This document shows positions 49,601 through 56,760 of a stretch of DNA of 64,000 nt, in pieces. The stretch comes from Candidatus Latescibacterota bacterium (GTDB taxonomy: Bacteria > Latescibacterota > UBA2968), in assembly GCA_965208125.1 (NCBI GenBank), contig OZ242320.1:448001-512000 (forward strand), written 5' to 3'. The notes under the pieces are model-generated. The model was not told the DNA's origin. It did no database searches and saw only the letters and a program-made list of their open reading frames with translations. The position numbers and the translations under genes are program-made. The number at the start of each line of letters is the position of its first letter. The first letter of the stretch is position 1.

Positions 49601-51443
49601 ATCGGGTATGTACACGGGCATATTGCCCCTGGTGCATTGTGGTATTGGTGTTGCTTTGGCTCAAGCAGGGCGGATAACCGAGGCTGAAGAGGCTTTTGAG
49701 CAGTCTATTGAATGCCGTAGAGAATCCAAAGGCGACCACTGGGCGCGTGCATTGCTGATGGCTGGGGAGTTTTATCTCCAACGCGATGATATGACCAGAG
49801 CTACAGCACATCTCGAAGCGGCAAAACAGGCATTTAGAGAAATGGAAATGTCTTATTTTCTGGAGAAAACACAGGTGTTATTAAATCAATTTGATGGATC
49901 TTCTCGAGGCGGAGATGATGCCCCAACCCGTAGCTCTGAGATTTCAGTCGAGACGTTGTCTGTTGATCGCTTGCGCTTCCTCTACGATGTGAGCAGGGAA
50001 TTGACAACAGAACGCGATGTCAGAGTGTTATTGGACCGGATTTTGGGTAATTTGTTGGCTGTTTATCCAGCAGAGCGCGTGCTTGTTGCGCTAAAAAATG
50101 ATACACCAAAAGGCTTTATGGTTGATGCTGTGCGCCACTACAATTTAGAGGTAGATGATATAGAAGCACTGAGCCAGGGTATTATTCGCCAAGTTATTGA
50201 GACAAATGAACCCGTTTTGAGCTTTGATGCCCAGACAGACGAAAGATTCAATCGGTACCAAAGCGTAATAGATTACCACATTCGGTCTGTATTGTGCGTG
50301 CCCGTATTCCATCTTAACGAAGGTGTGATGGGTGCGCTGTATGTGGATCATCGCGGCATGGGCAACGCATTTTCTGAAGCCGATCAGACGTTTTTGCAGG
50401 CATTTGCTAATCTGGTAGGCGTGGCACTGGTCAATGCGAGGATGTACGAACAATTGGAAGAGAAAGCACAATATTTGCAACAACAGGTCGAAAGGCGATA
50501 TCAGCTTGACGACCTGATCGGACAAAGTGATGCCATGCAGAGGGTTTACCAGCTTATCGAACGCGCTGCAAAGAGTGATATTCCCGTGCTTATTCAAGGT
50601 GAAACAGGTACGGGCAAGGGATTGGCTGCGCGTGCCATACACTACAATAGTGCATGCAAAAACCAGCGATTTTTGTCGCAAAATTGTGCTGCTCTTTCAC
50701 CAGAGTTGTTGCAGAGTGAGTTGTTTGGGTACAAAAAAGGTGCGTTTACCGGGGCGACTGAAGATCACATGGGGATTTTTGAGGCTGCCAATGGCGGTAC
50801 GGTTTTTCTGGATGAAATCGCCGATGCCCCGCCACAGTTGCAAAAGAGTTTGTTGCGGGTGTTGCAAGAGGGTGAGATTCGGCGTGTGGGAGAAACAGAG
50901 GATCGCACAGTGGATGTACGCATTATTGCAGCGACCAATCGGGACTTAAAAAAAGAAGTAGAACAAGGGAGGTTTCGCGAAGATTTGTATTATCGGTTGC
51001 ACGGGATTCAGATCGATATGCCACCTTTGCGAGAACGCATGGAAGATGTGCCGTTATTGGCCGAACATCTGCTCATCCGAACAAAAGAAGATGCAAACAA
51101 GTCGGTTGGGAGGCTGACAGTGGGGGCAATCAGGGCGCTCACAAGTTATGACTGGCCGGGCAATGTGCGCGAGTTGGAAAATAAGGTTCGACTTGCGGTC
51201 GCATTGTCGGAAGAAGGTAGTGAAATCACGTCCGATTTGTTTTCAGAAGCTGTCGGGCACGCACTGTCAGATACTCCTGTTGAATACCAGGAGCGTTTAC
51301 AAGATCGTGTTCGGGAATATGAGAAACGATTGATTATGGATGCGCTCGAGAAATGCGTGGGCAATATTACACATACAGCTGAAGAATTGGGCATGACGCG
51401 CGCGGGTTTACAAAAAAAGATCAATCGTTTGGGGTTGAGATAG
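46635..51443 (+). CDS. Ser/Thr kinase - STAND/AAA ATPase - TPR - GAF - sigma54 AAA+ activator - Fis HTH multidomain regulator
   Basis: LGTGGMGEVY, ALK, HRDLKPSN, DMG, YMSPE; FVGRE..GESGVGKT, LEDIQW; TPR helices; SVLCVP..LYVD GAF; GETGTGK, QSELFG..GAFTGA, FLDEI, RFREDLYYRL, WPGNVREL; C-terminal HTH. Start at ATG 46635. Confidence 0.93.
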   Translation: MFENGTILDKRYQIQTHLGTGGMGEVYRVLDLEQSQECALKILNTMVDQKAVHRRFHREFQVLNRFQHPRLVRTYTWGFAEDRPYFTMDYLPGKTLEKIIADHAHSGQFRASHFFALIQQLAEGLAYIHAQGAVHRDLKPSNIMVLETEEGLETTILDMGLAKLRHLHSASITQTGTAIGTAEYMSPEQGKGLWVDHRSDLYSLGVILYEMLTGAPPFSGQNPISIIMKHIRESPPPIGETHIAIPEQTKQIVLKLLAKELVDRYQSAEELLRALPSGVVLPDDEQRDVHRKVMRPQFVGRESEMKTLRAMLQDVQAGEQRVVLISGESGVGKTRLIEELLGDALIHDFLCLKGASQEEGGQIYGALISAFQETVDSVAELPDPAESDKFSVMERWLQLLKRLRHKQPIVLCLEDIQWLDELTLEFLQYVLRDPEPCPFLLCLTCRWSNLEPLAEEIENFIHSNEFAGATHIQLENLPREEAGYLAASMLGERSVPPDTLQTLFRETGGQPLFVVEAVRTLVQADVVRQNVSGDWQWGEFPETLLSDDISEVLYRRITTLPDVQQRVLEYSCVFLSDFSFELLASVWRGDELELLDVLDDLIAGELLTACGEGEDQYRFSQGLYQQAIYDRLQDVRRRLLHREIGNALEETEDAEELAEELADHFAAAEGRDKAVKYARMAGKKALEQHAYRQAMRKFEAVRNWTADDTFDSPANAIDFLCDYADALRNCSQHNCALELLDEAKALLPVDNKDLKARILNDQGEIQSVLQHGEIAEKYMLEALQLYRELGDFEGEIQALGSLAYLCDVSERHKDAIAYMRREIEKRSMLGDPQNEAFIQGRESQAALVEFRFETAKGHLETATKAFQQPGLEHQRIWVLNLLPRVYFYLGDFNRAEAVCNEAISEWQKRGVVYWEAMNFLYLGELALEQGNFVEALEYAETSSERFLQTPRRDYVYSAYAIAATAAARMGDTEAALEWAEKASEGVQQASGMYTGILPLVHCGIGVALAQAGRITEAEEAFEQSIECRRESKGDHWARALLMAGEFYLQRDDMTRATAHLEAAKQAFREMEMSYFLEKTQVLLNQFDGSSRGGDDAPTRSSEISVETLSVDRLRFLYDVSRELTTERDVRVLLDRILGNLLAVYPAERVLVALKNDTPKGFMVDAVRHYNLEVDDIEALSQGIIRQVIETNEPVLSFDAQTDERFNRYQSVIDYHIRSVLCVPVFHLNEGVMGALYVDHRGMGNAFSEADQTFLQAFANLVGVALVNARMYEQLEEKAQYLQQQVERRYQLDDLIGQSDAMQRVYQLIERAAKSDIPVLIQGETGTGKGLAARAIHYNSACKNQRFLSQNCAALSPELLQSELFGYKKGAFTGATEDHMGIFEAANGGTVFLDEIADAPPQLQKSLLRVLQEGEIRRVGETEDRTVDVRIIAATNRDLKKEVEQGRFREDLYYRLHGIQIDMPPLRERMEDVPLLAEHLLIRTKEDANKSVGRLTVGAIRALTSYDWPGNVRELENKVRLAVALSEEGSEITSDLFSEAVGHALSDTPVEYQERLQDRVREYEKRLIMDALEKCVGNITHTAEELGMTRAGLQKKINRLGLR

Positions 51444-51450
51444 ACGTTGA

Positions 51451-51577
51451 ACAGGTGCATCCAACTGTATGCAGTAGTGCATCCGACTGTATGCACCTGT
51501 CTATCCTTATATAATTCAGACAGTTATGTTGATTTTCTTTAAATAAGCGATTTATAGGTGCATCCAACTGTATGCAC
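51451..51577. promoter_or_regulatory. three palindromic enhancer (UAS)-like sites GTGCAT-N8-ATGCA(C)
   Basis: GTGCATCCAACTGTATGCA 51455-51473, GTGCATCCGACTGTATGCAC 51477-51496, GTGCATCCAACTGTATGCAC 51558-51577; about 110-230 nt upstream of a -24/-12 promoter. Confidence 0.75.
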
Positions 51578-51638
51578 TTACACCAGAATCTCGCAGATTT
51601 AGCACAAATCATTCTCAAATTTTATCTCTTTGTTTTTC

Positions 51639-51670
51639 AAGCACTTGAGCACATTCAAGTGCTTTTTTTT
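51639..51670 (+). terminator. hairpin plus T8 between enhancer and promoter (terminator-like; overlaps an IHF-like site)
   Basis: aagcacttga-N6-tcaagtgctt then T-run; TTTCAAGCACTTG is 1 mismatch from WATCAANNNNTTR. Confidence 0.5.
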
Positions 51671-51686
51671 ATTCTGAGACGATTTT

Positions 51687-51702
51687 TGGCACGGATCTTG
51701 CA
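51687..51702 (+). promoter_or_regulatory. sigma54 (-24/-12) promoter
   Basis: TGGCACGGATCTTGCA is an exact match to TGGCACG-N4-TTGCW. Confidence 0.9.
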
Positions 51703-51757
51703 CTATAAAGAGGGCAAACCGTTATGGCACAGGATTTTTCCATTAAAGGAGGATAAC

Positions 51758-51937
51758 ATGGCAACACGACGCAAGTTGAATTTGATCAATGGAACGATAG
51801 ATCAAGAAGGTAGCATCCTCAGGTATCAAGCTACGAACAGTTTCGAAGTAGGTGCCTGTCCCCCTGGTAGGGTGGTTGTTCCGACTCTGCCCTTTCCCGA
51901 TGATGACGATAGAGACGAATTTGATCCGGCTGAGTGA
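51758..51937 (+). CDS. putative RiPP precursor peptide, 59 aa (MATRRKLNLINGTIDQEGSILRYQATNSFEVGACPPGRVVVPTLPFPDDDDRDEFDPAE)
   Basis: AAGGAGG RBS 5 nt before the ATG; first gene after the sigma54 promoter; 28 nt before a radical SAM gene; leader RKLNLING resembles SCIFF/PapA leaders. Confidence 0.8.
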   Translation: MATRRKLNLINGTIDQEGSILRYQATNSFEVGACPPGRVVVPTLPFPDDDDRDEFDPAE

Positions 51938-51965
51938 ATTATCTCTATTCTGAGGAGTACCTGGC

Positions 51966-53408
51966 ATGCTGTGTATTCAAAAATGCGACATACATCTTTT
52001 TCAAACTGAAGAGCACAAACAGCCGATTGTCTATCAGGTTGAGACCGGTCTGTTTTTTAAACTGGATACTCTTTTCCAGTCAATTTTAGAGTGCTGCGAG
52101 GGGTTGTCTGCTTCGCAGGTTATTCAGATGCTGGCTGATCAATACGAGGCAGAAGAGATTGTCGAGGCTATCGAGGAACTGGCTCAGGTGGGTTTGATTT
52201 CGGATGGTGCTCTACCTGTGGTAGCCAATGTGCCGACAACAGAAGGGGTGGCAGCCTGTGGGGTTTCGCAGACAGATCGGTTGCAGGTGTCGTTGCACGT
52301 TTCGCATACGTGCAATATCCAATGTGCGTATTGCTTTGCTCACGGTGGGGATTACGGCGGTAAGGCTATGCTGATGCAACCAGAGGTTGCTGAGCAAGCG
52401 ACACGCTGGATTGTCACCGAGGCTCAGGTGTTCGGGCGGTGCCAGATTGATTTTTTTGGCGGGGAGCCGCTCTTGAATTTTCCGCTGCTGCGCGAGTTGG
52501 TACCGTCTGCCAAATCCCTGGGCGCGCGATTGGGTGTGCAGGTTGGTTTTGGCATTGTGACCAATGGCACGTTGTTGACCGACGAGATGAAGCAGTTTTT
52601 GATTGATGAAAAGTTTCAGATTAAAGTCAGCCTGGATGGGGGACGTAAAACACAGGATCGCATTCGCAAGTTTCACAATGGTTCTGGAACTTATGATGTC
52701 GTGGCAAAGAATGTACAGAAACTGACTGCTGAGGTACCTGAGCGCGTGTATTTGCAGGCTGTTATGACAGCGTATGATATGGATGAGGATCAGATTGCCG
52801 ATGCGTTGCGTTCTCTGGGTACTGAAAACGCGCTCATCGATCCGGCTGTCGTTTCACCGGATGCGCCCTATGCGATTCGAGAAGAACACATACCTGTTTT
52901 GAAGCAACAAATTTACAAGCGAAGCCGGCGTGCGCTCAAAGCCATTTTGAATGGTGAAGAGTGTGAAGAGTTTGATCCGCGGATTCAAAAATTGCTGACA
53001 CGCAAAAAATCCTGTCACGGGTGCCTGGGTGGCAAGCAGTATTTGGCGATTGCAGCAGACGGATCGATTTATTTTTGTTCGAGTTTGGCCGACGCGCCCG
53101 AGTTTAAGATGGGTGATGTGTTTGCGGGTATTGATCGCGAAAAGCAGCAGCATTTTGACGCGCAGTTCAATGTGAATAATCGTCCTGAGTGCAAGACATG
53201 CTGGGCGCGCAACTTGTGTGGTGGCGGATGTCTTTGGGATGCGCGGACGACAACGGGTGATCCGATGTATCCAAACCCAGTTTCCTGTGAACAGACGCGC
53301 TATCGCTATGAGTTGGCGATGGAGATGTGTATGGAAATTGCAGAAGCAGATGCGTCTTTGTTGCCGCGACGATATGATCTGGAAGTGGCATCTGAAGCAG
53401 ACAAGTAA
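51966..53408 (+). CDS. radical SAM/SPASM peptide maturase with N-terminal RRE (PqqD-like) domain
   Basis: N-terminal 3 strands plus helices (YQVETGLFFKLD...EEIVEAIEELAQVGLI); CNIQCAYC; FFGGEPLL, VTNGTLL, VSLDG; SPASM GC..YFC..CKTC.5.C.3.C..C; GAGGAG RBS. Confidence 0.93.
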   Translation: MLCIQKCDIHLFQTEEHKQPIVYQVETGLFFKLDTLFQSILECCEGLSASQVIQMLADQYEAEEIVEAIEELAQVGLISDGALPVVANVPTTEGVAACGVSQTDRLQVSLHVSHTCNIQCAYCFAHGGDYGGKAMLMQPEVAEQATRWIVTEAQVFGRCQIDFFGGEPLLNFPLLRELVPSAKSLGARLGVQVGFGIVTNGTLLTDEMKQFLIDEKFQIKVSLDGGRKTQDRIRKFHNGSGTYDVVAKNVQKLTAEVPERVYLQAVMTAYDMDEDQIADALRSLGTENALIDPAVVSPDAPYAIREEHIPVLKQQIYKRSRRALKAILNGEECEEFDPRIQKLLTRKKSCHGCLGGKQYLAIAADGSIYFCSSLADAPEFKMGDVFAGIDREKQQHFDAQFNVNNRPECKTCWARNLCGGGCLWDARTTTGDPMYPNPVSCEQTRYRYELAMEMCMEIAEADASLLPRRYDLEVASEADK

Positions 53409-53425
53409 ATTTTCATAGCATTTGC

Positions 53426-53468
53426 AAAACTATCCTTAAGCTTACAAACTTAAGGATAGTTTTTTTTT
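53426..53468 (+). terminator. strong intrinsic terminator closing the peptide-rSAM transcript
   Basis: aaaactatccttaag-N8-cttaaggatagtttt plus T-run. Confidence 0.85.
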
Positions 53469-53524
53469 CTGAAAAATCCGTATATTCTAATACCATTTGA
53501 TATTGAGATTAGTAGAGGTGAACC

Positions 53525-54712
53525 ATGTTAAGATCAAATGTTGAATGGAAAAAAAAATATACAAGTACAGTTAAAATATCTATAGGCTTACTTTGTCTTG
53601 CGTCGTTCATTGCCTGTGGTGCTTCGAAAAGTATTGATTCTGATGTTCTATTTTTCGGTGATATACCACCATTGTCGTCAATGGATCATTTGGCAATCAT
53701 CGGAGGCGCAACAAACAAATCAATTGTTGTTGTTGATATTGCAAATAAGAAACAAGCAGGTACAATCACTTTCGAAAAAATTATTCAAGGATGTGCTATC
53801 TCACCCCAGGATAGAAGCATCTGGTTGACATTTACTTTTTGGAGTAATCAGAAAGGGATATTTAAGCTCAATTTTGACAGCAAACCCGAGATTGTAAACC
53901 TTATTCCGGATTTACAAGGCAACTTGCATTTCAACCATGATGGACGAAGACTTTATGTCACGCCAGGTTCTGAAAAGCTTTACATTATTGACACACAATC
54001 CAATCAATTAGTGGAGACAGTTTCTACCATTACCGGAAATCACGGAGAAGGTTGGGCATTTTTTAACGCCAGTGAAGCACAAAATGGACTGATTGCTTTA
54101 ACGGGTATGCCTCTGCGATTTGAAGCTGTAAATGAAGGATTCAACGTTTATTCTGATTATACAAAAACCTTTCTCTTTTTACTTGATGAAAAACGAACTG
54201 TTATACCGCTTGAGTTTGTTGGGGGATTTTCGACTCCCCCGATTTTTTCATTTGATAACAGATTAATAAGCACACTCAGTAAAGAAGAAAAATCAGTCTC
54301 AATTTATGATCTTGATTCTAAAAAAATGAACAGTATTCCTATTGGTGGAGATGTTGTGACATTCGGTGGATACGATAACGACAATGACATTTTCTATGTT
54401 TTATCAAGAAATTTTGATCGAGAATACGGAATTTTAGAAGGCATCACCACCCTGATATTATTGGACATAAGATCCAAAAGCATCATTGATACGCGCACCA
54501 TAGCCGGTAATTATTGGAACGGTGTGTATGATAGAGTATCTCAGACCATCCTATTGGTAGGGCCACATACTGAGGATGTGCGTGAAATACATAATAGAAC
54601 AATTCCTATTTCCAGTTTAACGATTTATGATCCGCATCAAGACCAAATTGTTGATCATATTTCAATTGATGGAGGAACATCCCTGGGAGCTGAGATTTTC
54701 TTGGCCCCCTAA
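53525..54712 (+). CDS. putative lipoprotein with YncE/YVTN-like beta-propeller
   Basis: Basic N-terminus, hydrophobic stretch, FIA-C lipobox; blades such as IVVVDIANKK, FNHDGRRLYVT, LYIIDTQSNQLVETV; low GC. Confidence 0.7.
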   Translation: MLRSNVEWKKKYTSTVKISIGLLCLASFIACGASKSIDSDVLFFGDIPPLSSMDHLAIIGGATNKSIVVVDIANKKQAGTITFEKIIQGCAISPQDRSIWLTFTFWSNQKGIFKLNFDSKPEIVNLIPDLQGNLHFNHDGRRLYVTPGSEKLYIIDTQSNQLVETVSTITGNHGEGWAFFNASEAQNGLIALTGMPLRFEAVNEGFNVYSDYTKTFLFLLDEKRTVIPLEFVGGFSTPPIFSFDNRLISTLSKEEKSVSIYDLDSKKMNSIPIGGDVVTFGGYDNDNDIFYVLSRNFDREYGILEGITTLILLDIRSKSIIDTRTIAGNYWNGVYDRVSQTILLVGPHTEDVREIHNRTIPISSLTIYDPHQDQIVDHISIDGGTSLGAEIFLAP

Positions 54713-54771
54713 CTTAAAAGTTGGGAAGTTCCTTCGTAGATAAGAGAAATAGCCCACACCTCCATTTCGGG

Positions 54772-54922
54772 GAATCTGGCCAATTCGGCCGGACTGCGAC
54801 CAGCGCGCACAAGCTCGACGATTTGGCGCTTCAACTCGAGTGGATAAGGGGACGTGTTGGTGGCATAGTGGGTCTCCTTTCTAACTACTGATAAAGGTAC
54901 TCACCGAAACGGATCAAGTCCA
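54772..54922 (-). mobile_element. IS3-family left end with frameshifted, truncated OrfA
   Basis: End begins TGGACTTGATCC...; AAGGAG RBS; ATG 54866 MPPTRP/PYPLELKRQIVELVRAGRSPAELAR is an HTH_Tnp_1-like start across a frameshift; no OrfB. Confidence 0.7.
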
Positions 54923-54928
54923 GGGTAA

Positions 54929-55435
54929 CTACTGTTTGCTGAGTTTTGATATTAATCTATTTATCTCTTTTGCCATTTGATCCACAGATTCTTGAGGCCG
55001 CTTGATCGGAATTGGAATAATGCCATTACGAATTTCTGAGACTATAATCGGTACTCCAACCAGCTTTTCATCTATGATTATACCAATACGCTTTTTGAGA
55101 TAGGTGCGGCTTATGGTCCGGAATTTTTCACTTCCTTCTGGATTACAGTGCAATAATAGAGTTGTATAAGGACTCGGGTTAGATGTTTGTGTAATGGTTG
55201 CACGTTTAATATCAGAAAGGCCCAAAAGAACCTCAGGCTTAAGTGCGGATTGCTTACCCGAATCTATCAATTCCATGACAGATGAACTGTCGCTTCTATT
55301 GGTATCGATAAGTCGTACCTGAATATATGTTTTATCTATAGTCTGTTCTTTACCTTGAGCAGGATTTAGTGCACCAAACAAAGCTGACAGAATGCTCAGA
55401 CCGAAAAGTCTTAGAATATGCATTTGTGCCCCCAT
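54929..55435 (-). CDS. exported protein with SecDF P1-head-like domain
   Basis: Signal peptide; LHCNPEGSEKFRTISRTYLKKRIGIIIDEKLVGVPIIVSEIRNG matches the SecD P1 head pattern; no SecD TM domain. Confidence 0.7.
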   Translation of the reverse strand: MGAQMHILRLFGLSILSALFGALNPAQGKEQTIDKTYIQVRLIDTNRSDSSSVMELIDSGKQSALKPEVLLGLSDIKRATITQTSNPSPYTTLLLHCNPEGSEKFRTISRTYLKKRIGIIIDEKLVGVPIIVSEIRNGIIPIPIKRPQESVDQMAKEINRLISKLSKQ

Positions 55436-55836
55436 TCTTTTTCCTTAAGTTCCGGAATCAATCTGGTCAAAGACTTGATGGCGTTTCGATTTTAGCTGAT
55501 TCAAAGTCAATACCATCTTGGTTAGAATTTACGCCTCTTCAAATTAGTTCTCTTCCTCCCGATGAGGAAGTAGAAATTTTTTTGATGACATGGGACGTGA
55601 AGTCGGTAGCAGTCACTGTTAAGGATGATTTTTTGACATTGGGGACACAGGTTCCATATGGTCAGGCTTGGAAGATGGCGGGAGTGGTGCCTCACATGTC
55701 CATCTGCTTGTAAAACAAATTGGACATGCAATGACTCTTCACTTCCCGAAGACGCAAATTCCTTTTGTGACAGATCGGAGTTTATTGTTATTTTTATGAG
55801 TAGATCGCCTTATGATGAAAAAAGAAAGGAATTGTT

Positions 55837-56712
55837 GTGAAACGAATATTTTTGGTGTTCTTTTGCCTATCTTTGGGGTTGGTTGGTTCTTTACCTGCTA
55901 TTCAGAAAATGCAGATTACAGAACCTTCTCAACTACCAGAAGATCGTATGCTTCCCGACATTCCCTGGCCTCAAAGTTTGATACAGAAAATAGAAGGCCT
56001 TCATGTGGAACTTGTCGGATATCTAAAATCAGAAAATCATGAGATGTACGTATCAAGGATGGAAGAATTTTTAAATGAGGAGATTCATGATACGGAGTCT
56101 CTATTGGTACTAAACTATACAATAGGGCAAATGTGCCGGTTTGTAGCTTATGAGAAATCGGATGCTGATGTACGCCGTAGATGGTACCAAAAGGCGGTTG
56201 GATTCAACAAGACTGCGATTGAACTTGCACGCACGGATTCTTCCAAATTCAAACCCTATCTGGTCAGATGCTACTTTGGTCTTGCTGAGTGCTATGATGG
56301 GTTAGAAGAAAAAAATCTTGCTCTGGACATGTATCAGCGTTTGGTTGGTTTCAAGGGGGTTGGACACGGAAAATTGAAGGATGACCTTGCTTCAGGTGGC
56401 ATTGGCAATGTTGTTCGCCTATGGAGAGACTTACAGCGCGATCCTGTCGAGTTGCGTAAATATCTAAGAAATATAGCGACATCGAATATGGACAACGAAA
56501 TAGGTTTCGTAGCACTTCAAAAATTGGTTGACTTCGATTTATTAGAAGGAAATTTGCAGATTGCAAGAACTACTCTGAATGAACTGAAGATGCGTTATGG
56601 TGATATTCAAAAATTAGGCGGCCAGATGCCTTCACTTCAAATTAAAGGACTTGAAGATCAATTTAATATTGCGGAAAAATCTAAACATAAAGAACCTGGT
56701 CATAAGCATTGA
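55837..56712 (+). CDS. exported TPR-like helical protein
   Basis: AAAGGA RBS, GTG start, signal peptide; CYFGLAECYDGLEEKNLALDMYQRLV TPR-like helix pair. Confidence 0.7.
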   Translation: MKRIFLVFFCLSLGLVGSLPAIQKMQITEPSQLPEDRMLPDIPWPQSLIQKIEGLHVELVGYLKSENHEMYVSRMEEFLNEEIHDTESLLVLNYTIGQMCRFVAYEKSDADVRRRWYQKAVGFNKTAIELARTDSSKFKPYLVRCYFGLAECYDGLEEKNLALDMYQRLVGFKGVGHGKLKDDLASGGIGNVVRLWRDLQRDPVELRKYLRNIATSNMDNEIGFVALQKLVDFDLLEGNLQIARTTLNELKMRYGDIQKLGGQMPSLQIKGLEDQFNIAEKSKHKEPGHKH

Positions 56713-56760
56713 GGAAAATCCAATTCTAAGCCTCTTTGAGTGACCGCTTGAAAGTGAGAA

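Noticed and set aside
51455-51577. Three 19-20 bp repeats as a mini CRISPR array
   Set aside because: Spacers are 3 and 61 nt, the repeats are too short and there are no cas genes; position upstream of a sigma54 promoter explains them better.
51572-51757. 121-aa ORF starting at 51572
   Set aside because: The extension runs through the enhancer, hairpin and sigma54 promoter; the strong RBS points to ATG 51758.
51966-53408. rSAM/SPASM as an anaerobic sulfatase-maturating enzyme for the window's sulfatases
   Set aside because: It has an N-terminal RRE-like extension of about 100 aa that anSME lacks, is co-transcribed with a short peptide and lies 25 kb from the sulfatases. Not formally excluded without phylogeny.
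54929-55435. secD gene
   Set aside because: Only the P1-head-like domain with a signal peptide is present; no TM domain, secF or yajC.
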